A stretch of DNA of 64,000 nt from Alphaproteobacteria bacterium (lineage in GTDB: Bacteria; Pseudomonadota; Alphaproteobacteria; JAAXGF01), in contig CAUVXB020000002.1 of NCBI GenBank assembly GCA_963555825.3, positions 3,392,001 to 3,456,000 on the forward strand, given 5' to 3'. The notes under the pieces were generated by a model that saw only the letters and a program-made list of their open reading frames with translations, did not search any database and was not told the DNA's origin. The position numbers and the translations under genes are program-made. Positions 1-10,457 of this stretch are shown one piece after another (the stretch's first letter is position 1; each line of letters starts with the position of its first letter).

Positions 1-74
1 ATCAGCGGATGCTCAGACCTAGGCGAGGACAGGCTTAATAGTCTAGAAAAAATTCATGTACAGGGGTGTCCTGA

Positions 75-332
75 GGCTCGACCGGAGTTCAATATGAAAT
101 TGCTATTCTTGCCTATGCCTTTCATAATCAGACCATTAACGTATCCGAGGCCCAGCGGTTGACTGGGAAAACGTGGGCAACATCAAAGAAAGACCTAGAC
201 CCCTTGGCAAATCGCGGATTTTTCACTTTTGTCCCAGGAAAGTTTGTGCGGGATGCTACCGCACATTACAGTTTAGCAAAACCTCGAGAGGCATTTGGAA
301 ATGGGAAGTCGAACATCGGCGATGGGACGTGA
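75..332 (+). pseudogene. Start-less C-terminal fragment, possibly a winged-helix domain (…TINVSEAQRLTGKTWATSKKDLDPL…)
   Basis: Open frame between TGA 72-74 and TGA 330-332; HTH-like pattern; no clear start. Confidence 0.3.
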
Positions 333-389
333 GCCATCAAAGCGTACTCAAAAGATCGACGTGGCTTCCATAAATGAGGAGAGCCTGAC

Positions 390-563
390 ATGCTCGGCAC
401 CAAGAACAAGCCCGCACCACGCGGCCGACCAGTAAAGAACATCATGCCTGAGCCGATCCCCGACACGGCGGAGAACATCGCGCGGGCGATCATGCGAGGC
501 CAACCCAAGAAAGAATGGGATTACATGAAGGCGACGGAGGCACGAGATTCAAAGGAGGGATAA
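390..563 (+). CDS. 57-aa small protein (MLGTKNKPAPRGRPVKNIMPEPIPDTAENIARAIMRGQPKKEWDYMK…), probable IS1595 passenger
   Basis: GAGGAG RBS, ATG 390, TAA 561-563; below the ORF-track size cutoff; followed by an IS1595-like end. Confidence 0.55.
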   Translation: MLGTKNKPAPRGRPVKNIMPEPIPDTAENIARAIMRGQPKKEWDYMKATEARDSKEG

Positions 564-573
564 TTCGGCTCCT

Positions 574-596
574 GGGTAAACACGTATATAATTCCC
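574..596. mobile_element. Probable right terminal inverted repeat of an IS1595-family element whose body lies upstream
   Basis: Reverse complement GGAATTATATACGTGTTTACCC; abuts a 5'-truncated gene; partner end not in the window. Confidence 0.35.
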
Positions 597-1067
597 AAAG
601 GAAAGACCCCTGATTTTCGGGTGATGCGTGGTGAAAATCTCTTGGCATTTTGTGAAGTTAAATCGCCGCAGGACGATTGGCTTGATACACAGCTTGAGGA
701 AGCCACCAATGGAGAGATTGTCGGGGGGCACCGAAAGGATCCAGTGTTTAATCGCCTGTCACGCATCGTCGAAAAAGCCACATCACAATTTGACGCTGTA
801 AACGCGAGCCGTGATGTTCCAAACATCCTCATTCTGATCAACCATGACGATATGTCGTATTTCGGAGACTTACGAGAAACGATAAGCGGTATGTTTCATT
901 CTGAGGATGGTTCGCGGCATCCGACAGTCCTGCCTGTCTCGGAAGGTAAGATCAAAGAGTTGAAAACTCGAATAGATGCGTACTTTTAGTACGACTTTGA
1001 ACCGAGACGCTGTCAACTACGGATGCTGAATGAGTTCTCTGAACACTTTGATGCAATATGTTCAATG
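597..1067 (+). pseudogene. PD-(D/E)xK-like nuclease remnant
   Basis: KGKTPDF…FCEVKS motif; no 5' end; TAG at 987-989 with the frame open beyond it until the MITE at 1068. Confidence 0.45.
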
Positions 1068-1177
1068 CGTGCCTATCCGCTTTACGCATACACACACTAG
1101 GGGTAGATTGTGGGCGTAAAATGGCGAGTCAAAGCATCCTACATATAGTAGGTGTCTGCATTAACCGGATAGGCACG
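1068..1177. mobile_element. 110-bp MITE derived from an IS1595-family element
   Basis: TIRs CGTGCCTATCCG…CGGATAGGCACG; 8-bp TSD GTTCAATG (1060-1067, 1178-1185); both ends resemble the IS at 22066-23170. Confidence 0.85.
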
Positions 1178-1946
1178 GTTCAATGTTCGAAATAGACAAA
1201 TCTAAAATCGTAAGATGACATGTAAGCTGGGATTCCCGGGATGGCTTCTCCCAACCGCCGGCAATGCTAGCAGAATGGGTATCCCAACCTATTGTACAAG
1301 CTCGCGAAGTGCTTAAGGGATGTAGGTGCGCTACACCCTGCCGCTGACCAAGCCGCAGAAGGCAGGCGTCGATCACGCGCTGGCGCTGATGAAGCTCTCG
1401 GGATACGGCCTGCCCCATCACTTCATGCAGACAGCTGAGGTGACGGTCTCGGGCCGGGAGTGCGCAAGCAGCTCATGAAAAGCGGTGATCCCCGTATGAT
1501 GATGCTTGCGCGACAGCGATCAGTGGGGCTGGTGGCCCACGATTGGGGCTGGCTACCCGCCCGCCGCCTGATCGCTCATCACGCGGCCTCTCGTTGCTGC
1601 CGTCTGATTAGCCGGGATTCCCCATATGAAACCCTCCCAGCCCGTTGAGTGTGACTCGAAACCGCTCGACGTTCAATTCGCCTTCGAATGACGGCCATCT
1701 TCGCGCCGATCCGGATGATTGAGGATCAATTGGCGGCGTTGGTGGCGCGGAATGGCATTTTTGCCGACGATCCGGGCGCACCGATCCTGTCGGCGGCGAC
1801 GCGAAGGAACGGGGTGCCGTCGCTCATGCCGGGGCTGGCGGCGGTCTGAGCCGGTCGATACGGCGCAGGATGTCGGCGAATAGGTCACGAGGAATGACAA
1901 CCTCGGCCATCTGGAACGTGACGTAGCGCCCGTGGCGCACGATCTT

Positions 1947-3321
1947 GAGCTATAACCGAATCTTGTGTACGGCGTTGAAATGAAGGCGGCGTATCCTGGT
2001 GATTGTTGATGTCACCACTTGAGCTAAGCCAAGGAAGGATACGCCATGAAAGAGAATACCGTTGTTGCTTTTCAAAACCCATCTGATTTTCAGAAAGATC
2101 CGTTGACGGAAGTCCTACAAGCTGGAGCTCGCGAGTTGTTGGCCCAAGCCGTTGAGGCCGAGGTCTCCGTGTTTTTGGGTAGCCATGCGGCGCTTGTTGA
2201 CGCCGCCGGCCGCCGCCGGGTTGTCCGCAATGGATATCTGCCGGAACGCTTCATCCAGACCGGGATCGGCCCGGTGAGCGTGCGCCAACCCCGTGTGCGG
2301 GACCGGGGGGACGGCGCCATCCGCTTCACGTCGGCGATCCTGCCGCGCTATCTGCGCCGCGCCAAGAGCCTGGAAGACCTTTTGCCATGGCTGTATCTGA
2401 AGGGCATTTCCACCGGCGACTTCGGGGAAGCCTTGGCGGCGCTCCTGGGGAGCTCCGCGCCGGGGCTTTCGGCCTCCACGATCACCCGGCTGAAAGAGGT
2501 CTGGGGGGTTGAGGCGGAGCGCTGGCAACGGCGCGACCTCACGGCCAAGCGCTACGTCTATTTCTGGGTGGACGGCATCTATTTCAGCGCCCGCATGGAG
2601 GAAGAGAAGCAGTGCATCCTGGTGATCGTCGGGGCCACGGACAAGGGACAGAAGGAACTGATCGCCATCGCCGACGGCTATCGCGAAAGTGAGCAGTCCT
2701 GGCTCGAAGTTCTGCTCGATCTCAAGCGGCGCGGCCTTGAAATGGGTCCGCAACTGGCGCTCGGCGACGGCGCGCTCGGCTTCTGGAAGGCGCTCCGCCA
2801 AGTCTACCCAGGCGCCCGCGAGCAACGCTGCTGGGTTCACAAGACGGGCAACGTCTTGAACAAGCTGCCCAAGGGTCTGCAAAAGAAAGCCAAGGGGCGC
2901 CTGCAAGACATCTGGATGGCCGAAACCAGGAAGGATGCCGAGAGCGCCTTCGACTTCTTCCTGGAAGCCTACGGGCCGAAGTACGACAAGGCCGCGGCCT
3001 GCCTGGCCAAGGACCGCGACGTCCTGCTGACGTTCTACGACTTCCCCGCCGAGCACTGGAAGCATGTACGCACGACCAACCCCATCGAGAGCACGTTCGC
3101 CACGGTTCGTCTGCGCACCTACCGGACCAAGGGCTGCCTGTCGCGCAAGACGGCGATGGCCATGGTCTTCAAACTATGCCAGTGCGCTCAGAGAAAATGG
3201 AGAAAACTCGATGGATCGAACCATCTCGCCGAGATCATTCGCGGCGTCAAATTCGTAGATGGAGAACGCCAGGATCGCGCCGCCGCATGATCAGCCCATA
3301 CACAACTTTTGACAATAGCTC
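1947..3321 (+). mobile_element. IS256-family element, complete
   Basis: TIRs GAGCTATAACCGAATCTTGTGTACGG / GAGCTATTGTCAAAAGTTGTGTATGG; 9-bp TSD CACGATCTT (1938-1946, 3322-3330). Confidence 0.95.
2046..3290 (+). CDS. IS256 (mutator-type) transposase
   Basis: 414 aa; WVDG, GDGALG, QRCWVH, RTTNPIES motifs; AAGGA RBS. Confidence 0.95.
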   Translation: MKENTVVAFQNPSDFQKDPLTEVLQAGARELLAQAVEAEVSVFLGSHAALVDAAGRRRVVRNGYLPERFIQTGIGPVSVRQPRVRDRGDGAIRFTSAILPRYLRRAKSLEDLLPWLYLKGISTGDFGEALAALLGSSAPGLSASTITRLKEVWGVEAERWQRRDLTAKRYVYFWVDGIYFSARMEEEKQCILVIVGATDKGQKELIAIADGYRESEQSWLEVLLDLKRRGLEMGPQLALGDGALGFWKALRQVYPGAREQRCWVHKTGNVLNKLPKGLQKKAKGRLQDIWMAETRKDAESAFDFFLEAYGPKYDKAAACLAKDRDVLLTFYDFPAEHWKHVRTTNPIESTFATVRLRTYRTKGCLSRKTAMAMVFKLCQCAQRKWRKLDGSNHLAEIIRGVKFVDGERQDRAAA

Positions 3322-4664
3322 CACGATCTTCGCTCCGATCTTGATGAGCTTCTCTCGCAGGCTGGTCAGTGACCACTGTTCCACGGCATCGGGCAGCGCG
3401 AGGGTGCGCATGAAGTTGCCGAGGTTGTAGGCGAGCGCGTGAAGCTGGAGGCGAACGGCATTGTGGTCGAACCTGCGGCACGACAGGCGTGTCCACCGGA
3501 TCGCGTTTTTGCCCTCCTTGATCCATTGCTCAGCCGTGCCGCGCTGATTATAGAACGCGACCACCCGCTCGGCGGGGCGGCCCAGGTTGGTGACAATGAA
3601 CCCGACCCGCGGGTACAACTCACCCGGATGCCACTCGACCTTGGCGACGACGCGGCGGGGCTTGTCCCAGGTTCCGGCCTGATAACTGAAGCTGGCATGA
3701 TACCGGCGCACGTCCTTGGGCGGCCTGCCGACGGGGCGCTTCAGGAGATGAGCGATGCTCTCTTGCAGCACCTTGTTGGCGGGCAGCCGGATGGCGTAGA
3801 GCATTCCTTCGGCTTCGAGGTAGTCGTAGATCTCCGGTGAGGCGAAGGCCGCATCGCCGCGGAAGTAGAGGCGGATGGCTCGTTCCTTGTAACGTTCGAC
3901 CACTGGTACCAGGACGTCACGCCATCCGTGGGCGCTGTGCACGTTGCCGGGGCGCAGCGCGCAACGCTCCAGGTCGCCGAACTGGTTGAACACGAACAGC
4001 GGGTGATAGCAGGTGCAGCCGAAGTGGCCGTTATAGGCCGTGCCCTCCTGCTCACCGAATGTCGGGCTGACGGAGCTGTCCATTTCGAGCACGACGCGCC
4101 TCGGCGGATCGTGGTCGTGACCCCGGTCGATCCACATCCCCGACAGGTCCGCAAGGGCCGCGAGGTTCTCGTTGTTCGCCAGCAGCTCGGTCTCGAACCG
4201 CCCCATCTGGCTGGTCGGTGCCCCGCCGCGCTCGACCGCCTTGCCGCCGACGATCCAGCGCATCGCGGGATCACGCCCGAGCCGGTCGGCGTCGTTGACA
4301 TCCTCGTAGCCGGCGAGACGGCCATAGACGGACTGGCGAAGGAGACTGACGATGCCGTGCCAGCCGTTCCTGCCCGTACGGCTATCCGCGAGCACGCCGC
4401 CCGCCAGTGCGGTCAGCCCGAGCGCGTCGTCCAGTTCGCGATAAGCGAGCAACCCCGCATCGGAGGTCACCCGCGATCCGTGGAACTCCAGTTTCAGGCG
4501 GCGGCCGAAAAGGGGCCGGAGTGGCCCATGATCCGATTCACCCTCCGGGTTCCGCATCCGAGCCACCCTCCGACACCCTCAAGCCAGTGATTCTTATAGC
4601 AGAATCGTGCCAATCCGGCATCAGGCGGTCGTGATCCTCTTCCCCGATCGCGACGTCGCATGTC

Positions 4665-4793
4665 GGTTCGCTTGAGCAGCTGGTGCCCAAGGATCACGTC
4701 CTGGCCCGTGTGGACCGTGTTCTCGATCTGGGCTGGCTGCACGAGGAGGTAGCGGACTGCTATTGTCCGGGCAACGGCCGCCCGGGTATCGGA
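4665..4793 (+). pseudogene. IS1182/IS5-type transposase N-terminal fragment
   Basis: GSLEQLVPKDHVLARVDRVLDLGWLHEEVADCYCPGNGRPGI. Confidence 0.65.
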
Positions 4794-4798
4794 CTAGT

Positions 4799-6109
4799 CT
4801 ACCTTTGAGTGAGCTTGAACTCGATGCGACGGTTTCGGCGATAAGCTATTTCGTCGCCGCGATCATCGATCGGTTGGAATTCACCAAAGCCGGTCGCAGC
4901 TAATCGGGTGGGCGCGATACCTACGCCTACCAGGAACTCAACAACCGATACCGCGCGGGCGGTTGACAACTCCCAATTCGATGAAAAATGCTCGGTAACG
5001 ATGGGAGCTCGGTCAGTGTGGCCATCAACGCGCAGTATCCAATCGACATCTGCAGGAATAAGCGCCGCTAACTGCTTGATCACGAGGGCGAGTTGGTTGA
5101 GTTTCCGCGTTCCGGATTTGCCGATCCGCGCCGAGCCCGATGCAAATAGTTTTTCGGACTGAAGCACGAAACGATCGCCTACCACGCGTACATCGCTTTG
5201 GTCACCGAGCACGTCCTGCAGACGACCGAAGAACTCTGACCGATACTTTGCGAGTTCCCGCACCCTTCCGGCAAGTGCTGCGTTCAACCGCCGGCCAAGC
5301 TCATCGTTATTTTCTTTCTGGGCAGCCTCGCGAATCCGCGCCTGTGCAAGCGCGGCCTTGAATTCCTTAAGGTCGGCGCGGAGCGCCGCAACTTGATTGC
5401 TGAGGGTCACAATCTCGGCTTGCCGCCGACCGATCTCGCTGGTGCCCAGGTCAATCGCAGCGTGTGCGGATTTTAGATCGGCATTGAGGGCGGAGCGTTC
5501 TCGACGGAGCGCGGACACGGTCTCGGTTAGGGTGTTGCCCTGCCGAGCGAGAGCGTCGCGGACAGCGCGTTCGCTCTCCATCTCAACCGTCAACGCCGCG
5601 AGTTGAAGCTGAAGGTCGTTCAATTGTTGTTTGGTCCGTTGCTTGGCGGATTTGAATTCGTTCTCAAGCGTCGTTCGAGCGCTGGTCATTTTATTGAGCT
5701 GTTGCTTGAGCGCACTGGCCTCGACCACGAGTGCCCCACTGACGCCCCGCTCACTTTTTAGTTCTTCAGTTACTGCAGCGAGTTGCTGCTGCATTTCACG
5801 TGTGGCGGCAAGGGAGGATTTTTCTAGTGTGCGGTGCGCATCGCTGATTTCGCCAAGTTGCCATTGGAGCATAGTGTTCTTTGCTCGTAGCGCTTCGTTT
5901 TGCGCTTCGATCTCGGTAAGGCGGACGATGGCCCGCTCGACTTGGCTCATTAAATATTTCAGCTCCCCCCGCCTCGCGGTTGTGTTTTCGACAACGGCTC
6001 TAGCGCGTTCGATTGGTTCTGAGGCCGTGGGTTTCCCGGCCGTGGGAGGGCCGATGGTGGCCAATAGAACTATGGCAAAGAATTTGAATGCATGCCGGGT
6101 TTGCATCAT
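4799..6109 (-). CDS. Exported coiled-coil protein with a C-terminal OmpA/MotB-like peptidoglycan-binding domain
   Basis: Start refined to ATG 6109 (MMQTRHAFKFFAIVLLATIG, signal-like); long heptad region; VDGHTD, NWELSTARA, GFGEFQP, NRRIEF motifs. Confidence 0.9.
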   Translation of the reverse strand: MMQTRHAFKFFAIVLLATIGPPTAGKPTASEPIERARAVVENTTARRGELKYLMSQVERAIVRLTEIEAQNEALRAKNTMLQWQLGEISDAHRTLEKSSLAATREMQQQLAAVTEELKSERGVSGALVVEASALKQQLNKMTSARTTLENEFKSAKQRTKQQLNDLQLQLAALTVEMESERAVRDALARQGNTLTETVSALRRERSALNADLKSAHAAIDLGTSEIGRRQAEIVTLSNQVAALRADLKEFKAALAQARIREAAQKENNDELGRRLNAALAGRVRELAKYRSEFFGRLQDVLGDQSDVRVVGDRFVLQSEKLFASGSARIGKSGTRKLNQLALVIKQLAALIPADVDWILRVDGHTDRAPIVTEHFSSNWELSTARAVSVVEFLVGVGIAPTRLAATGFGEFQPIDDRGDEIAYRRNRRIEFKLTQR

Positions 6110-6215
6110 CTGGAATCCACCCCATTCTCTCCGGTTCCTCGAGGGGTCTTGAGATCCTCCCGCTCCTAATTTCCTTGGCTGGGATTTCCCATATAGAACC
6201 CTCCAGACCAGTAGA

Positions 6216-7856
6216 CCGACATTCCCCAGATGCCCTTCAAATTCATGGAAATCATACCACCGTTCCACCACCAAGGGAACGGCATCCCTTCCGCAGCCAT
6301 CCGATGGCTTGATTCTGGAGATTGGTCCTCGTCCGGAAGGCCATTACCCGGATTTTCCGCCATTCAGACAGACCCCTCCTGTCGTTTTCACCTGGCCATC
6401 GATTTTCCCGGCCTACACCGGAACGGGTCTTCGTCGTAGATCATCGATCAGACTCAGGATATTCCGGAACAGTTCCCTCGGCACCGCGACCTCGGCCAAT
6501 TGGAACGTGACGTAGCGGCCATGGCTGACCACCTTGGCGCCGATCTTGACCAGCTTCTCCCGTAGCGTGGTCAGCGACCAGTGCTCGATCTCCTTCGGCA
6601 AGGCCAGCATCCGCATGAAGTTGGCGAGATTGTAGGCCAGGGCATGAAGCTGGAGCCGGACAGCATTGTCGCGGAACTTGCGGCACGACAATCGCGTCCA
6701 TTTGATCGCGTTCTTGCCTTCCTTGATGTATTGCTCCGCCTTGCCCCGCTGATTGTAGAACCAAGTCACCCGCTCGGCGGAACGGGACAAGTTGGTGAGG
6801 ATGAAGCCGACACGGGGAACCAGTTCACCGGGATGCCATTCAACCTTGGCCACGACACGACGCTTTCTGTCCCAACTTCCAGCCCGGTAGCTGAAGCTGG
6901 CGTAATAGCGCCGCACATGGTTGGGCGGACGACCGACGGGGCGGGTCAGCAGGTGGGCAATGCTTTCCTGAAGAATTTGGTTCTTCGGCAACCGGATCGC
7001 GTAGAGAAAACCCTCACTTTCCAGGAACTCGTAGATGTCCGGTGCGGCAAAGGCGGCGTCCCCTCGGAAGTAGCGGCGCAGGTTCCGTTCCCGATAACGC
7101 TCAACGACCGGTTCCAGAACCTCACGCCAACCGTCGGCACTGTGGACATTGCCGGGGCGAAGGGAACACCGCTCCAGATCGCCGAACTGGTTGAACAGGA
7201 ATAGTGGATGGTAGCAGGTGCAGCCGAAGTGACCATTGTACGCCGCTCCCTCTTGTTCGCCATGGGTCGGGCTGACGCTTGAGTCCATGTCGAGGATGAT
7301 CATCTTCGGTGGGCGGCGGTCATGAACCTTGTCGATCCACGCCCCGTTCATCCCAGCCAGGACTTCGATGTTCGCATCGGTCGCCAGAAGCTCCGTCTCG
7401 AACCGCCCCATCTGGCTGGTGGACGCGGCCTGTCTGTCCACGGCCTTGCCACCAACAATCCACCGCATGGCGGGATCACGTCCGAGACGGTCGGCGTCGT
7501 TTACGTCCTCATAACCACCAAGGCGACCAAACACCGACTGACGGAACTGCCCCGTCATGCCGTGCCATCCGTTCTTGCCGGTACGGCTGTCCTGAAAAAT
7601 ATCCCCGGCAACCTCGGTCAGGCCAAGGGCATCATCAAGCTCCCGATAGACCAGCAACCCGCCGTCGGAAGTGATCTGGGAGCCGTGAAATTCGAGCTTC
7701 AGGCGGCGGTCGAAATCGACCCGAAGGCCGTCCCGTTTCGATTCACCCATCGGGTGTGCCATGCAAACCACTCCATCAACGCCTCAACATATTGATTCTT
7801 ATAGCAGAATCTCCATCTCAGGGCATCGAATATCGAGTTCACTTGGGAAATGGGGG
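6216..7856 (-). mobile_element. IS1380-family element, complete
   Basis: Ends CCGACATTCCCCAGATG and (rc) CCCCCATTTCCCAAGTG; 5-bp TSD GTAGA (6211-6215, 7857-7861). Confidence 0.9.
6413..7762 (-). CDS. IS1380 transposase
   Basis: Intact ~449 aa; TSDGGL, LDMDSS, YHPL, RGDAAF, YNQRGKAEQYIKEGK motifs. Confidence 0.93.
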   Translation of the reverse strand: MAHPMGESKRDGLRVDFDRRLKLEFHGSQITSDGGLLVYRELDDALGLTEVAGDIFQDSRTGKNGWHGMTGQFRQSVFGRLGGYEDVNDADRLGRDPAMRWIVGGKAVDRQAASTSQMGRFETELLATDANIEVLAGMNGAWIDKVHDRRPPKMIILDMDSSVSPTHGEQEGAAYNGHFGCTCYHPLFLFNQFGDLERCSLRPGNVHSADGWREVLEPVVERYRERNLRRYFRGDAAFAAPDIYEFLESEGFLYAIRLPKNQILQESIAHLLTRPVGRPPNHVRRYYASFSYRAGSWDRKRRVVAKVEWHPGELVPRVGFILTNLSRSAERVTWFYNQRGKAEQYIKEGKNAIKWTRLSCRKFRDNAVRLQLHALAYNLANFMRMLALPKEIEHWSLTTLREKLVKIGAKVVSHGRYVTFQLAEVAVPRELFRNILSLIDDLRRRPVPV

Positions 7857-8101
7857 GTAGAATGTCAGGGGAATCGGATAGATGAATTTATCCTGCGATG
7901 AGGCTTTGGGGGAAGTCGTCGCCCCATGTTGCCAGGCTTCGTCTAACACGGAGATTGTCTTTACCGGTAGCGCTGGTCTGCCCCCGTTGAGTAGTCCAGT
8001 CCGATTGTCTGTTGTTAAGCGCGCCTTGTTGACCCCTCGCAATCCAGCGAGATCAATGGATTACCGCGCCGATCGGCACCGAACCCATGCGCCGATCAAC
8101 A

Positions 8102-8350
8102 CCAGTGCGGTCAGCCCGAGCGCATCGTCCAGTTCGCGATAAGCGAGCAACCCCGCATCGGAGGCCCCCCGCGATCCGTGGAACTCCAGTTTCAGGCGGC
8201 GGTCGTAAAGGGGCCGGAGTGGCCCATGATCCGATTCACCCTCTGGGTTCCGCATCCGAGCCACCCTCCGACACCCTCAAGCCAGTGATTCTTATAGCAG
8301 AATCGTGCCAATCATGCATCAGGCGAAGCGGTCGCTTGGGAAATGCGGGG
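8102..8350 (-). mobile_element. IS1380 left end and 5' transposase fragment
   Basis: Near-identical to 4404-4625; [18 protein letters not shown]…LTAL then diverges; IRL rc CCCGCATTTCCCAAG. Confidence 0.85.
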
Positions 8351-8655
8351 TAAGAGGATAAATTTCGGGATTCTATCGTTGCCCGACGAGTTCCAACAGA
8401 AGGGGGATGTTTCGTGCTCCCAAAAGATTTAGTCGGCTGCGTTAGTAGAATCGGATCGAAATGCTGTGCTTTTCGTAGGTTTTTGTGAGGCCGAGAAAAG
8501 CGTCACGACAGGCGTGTCCCCAAATGAGCGCGGTCGGCAGTTATTTTCCAATGCAGAGTGATGATCCCGCCACCCCCAGCGTCAACATTGAGCCTTTCGA
8601 TCCCAGGCGCTCTGGTCCAGAGACACACCGCACCGTCGATTGCAGATGGAAGCCT

Positions 8656-9831
8656 TCATGGTGCAGGCTCCGGTACGGTGGGCGCTCTGTTCATGATCCT
8701 CGCCATCACTCCGCCGATGCGGTCGGCAGCGGCCTCGACGTCCCGGTCGCTGACGTGCGCGTAGCGCAGCGTCATTTGCACCTGGGCGTGGCCGAGCAGA
8801 CGCGCCACCACCGGCAGCGGAATACCTTGCATCGCCGCCTGACTGGCAAATGTATGTCTGAGATCGTGAAGGCGCACATCCTCGATACCGGCCAGCTTCC
8901 GCACCCTCTTCCACAGGCTGAGATCGACGCGCGCCCGCGCCGGATTCACCGGTGAGGGAAACACCCAGGGGCTTCCCGACCTTGGCTGCTGCTCGATAAT
9001 GGCGCGCGCCTCCGGGCTCAGCAACACTTGTCTCGGGCCGGTCTTGCTGTCCTCGAGCTCAAGGGTGTCGTCCTCAACTTCCCGCCACCGCAGCTTCAAC
9101 ATCTCGCCCGAGCGGCAACCGGTCAGCAACAGCAGGCGAATGATGTCCGCCTGTGCCTTGCATGAAGGCCGTCTGGGTTCGTATCCGTCCAACACTTCAT
9201 GGAGACGGCCGATTTCCTCGCGCGACAGGAAGCGGGTGAGCTTGGGGCGCGGATTCTTCTTTACGCCCCGGGTCGGGTTGGTCTCGATGTGTCCCCGGGA
9301 AATTGCATGGTTCATGATCTGCCGGAACACGAGCAACGCCGAGTTCGCGCCGCCGGGTGCTGTTGCACTGTACCCCTCGAACCATCGGATAACACCTGTC
9401 CTGTCGATCCCGTCGAGCGGCATGGCGCCGAAAACGGGCAGCAGCTGATTGTTCAAGGCCCAGTCTTTTGACGTCTTTGTCGATGGTTTACAGGGCTCAT
9501 ACCACGCCGCTCTCCACGACCCCGCGACAAAGTCCCGGAACAGTGGAGCCTGCGCGTCGTCGGCGCCTTCCGCCCGCCCACCCGACTGCATTATTCCCCA
9601 GACCTCCATGCAGTCGCGCCGGGCCTCGTCGACGCTCCCGAGCGCTACCTGCCCAAGCGTGAACCTCCGGGATTGGCCTTCGGCATAACGATGATACACG
9701 TAGCTCTTGTGCCCCGTCGGCCTGATCCGGACCCCGAACCCCAAGATACGGGTGTCCCAAACCGTGTATTCGACATCCCCGGCTCTGAGCTTGCCGATCC
9801 TCGCATCGGTCAGCTTGATCCTCCTTGCCAT
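8656..9831 (-). CDS. Tyrosine recombinase/integrase with an N-terminal arm-DNA-binding domain
   Basis: 391 aa; VWDTRILGFGVRI arm domain; TGCRSGE, SKTG, HDLRHT, LGH, TLRY catalytic residues. Confidence 0.93.
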   Translation of the reverse strand: MARRIKLTDARIGKLRAGDVEYTVWDTRILGFGVRIRPTGHKSYVYHRYAEGQSRRFTLGQVALGSVDEARRDCMEVWGIMQSGGRAEGADDAQAPLFRDFVAGSWRAAWYEPCKPSTKTSKDWALNNQLLPVFGAMPLDGIDRTGVIRWFEGYSATAPGGANSALLVFRQIMNHAISRGHIETNPTRGVKKNPRPKLTRFLSREEIGRLHEVLDGYEPRRPSCKAQADIIRLLLLTGCRSGEMLKLRWREVEDDTLELEDSKTGPRQVLLSPEARAIIEQQPRSGSPWVFPSPVNPARARVDLSLWKRVRKLAGIEDVRLHDLRHTFASQAAMQGIPLPVVARLLGHAQVQMTLRYAHVSDRDVEAAADRIGGVMARIMNRAPTVPEPAP

Positions 9832-10457
9832 GGCTCATGCCCTCCGCAGGACCGACGAGACGGCATCGACCGCCTCACGGGCCGCCGCATCGGCGAAGTT
9901 GGTGTATTTGAGCGTGGTTCCCGGATGGTCGTGCCCCAGCAACCGGCCTATGGTCAGCACAGTTTCGCCATGCATGAGGGCAATGCTGGCGTAGGTGTGC
10001 CGCAGATCGTGCGGCCGGACATCCCGAAGGCCGGCTTCCGTCCGCACGTCCTGCCAGAAATCGGTGATTCCCGAGAGATGGTCCAAGTTCCGCCAATGCG
10101 AGGGAAAGACCCATGCGCTTTTCCTCGGCAGCCGGTCCAGGACCTCCCGCGCGGCAGACGACAGCCAGACCGTGCGTGGCCCGCTCTTGCTATCCCGAAG
10201 GAAGAGCTTGCCTTCCCGGTAATCCCGCCATTTAAGGGTCAGAAGTTCGCCCTTGCGGCACCCCGTCAGTAACAGCAGCCGGATAACGGCCGCCTGGAAC
10301 GGACGCGCTTCGTCATACCGGTTCAGAACCTCGACGACGCGGCGGATCTCCTCCGGCGACAGGAAGCGTTCCCGCGCGCGGCGGCGGTAACGCTTGATAC
10401 CTTTGCAAGGGTTGAGTCGGACCCGATTTCCTTGGACACAGAATTGGCTTAATCGAA

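Larger units (their letters stand above)
1824..4566 (-). pseudogene. IS1380 transposase split by IS256
   Basis: …KIGAKIV stops at the IS256 end; KIVRHGRYVTFQMAEV…PPPAPA* resumes at 1946-1824; highly similar to 6413-7762. Confidence 0.9.
1612..4628 (-). mobile_element. IS1380-family element, interrupted by IS256, left end truncated
   Basis: IRR-like CCGGGATTCCCCATATG at 1612; transposase split into 4566-3322 and 1946-1824. Confidence 0.8.

Noticed and set aside
4799-6109. Zorya ZorB or flagellar MotB
   Set aside because: No ZorA/MotA, ZorC-E or flagellar genes nearby; start extension to 6274 also rejected because it runs into IS1380 ends.
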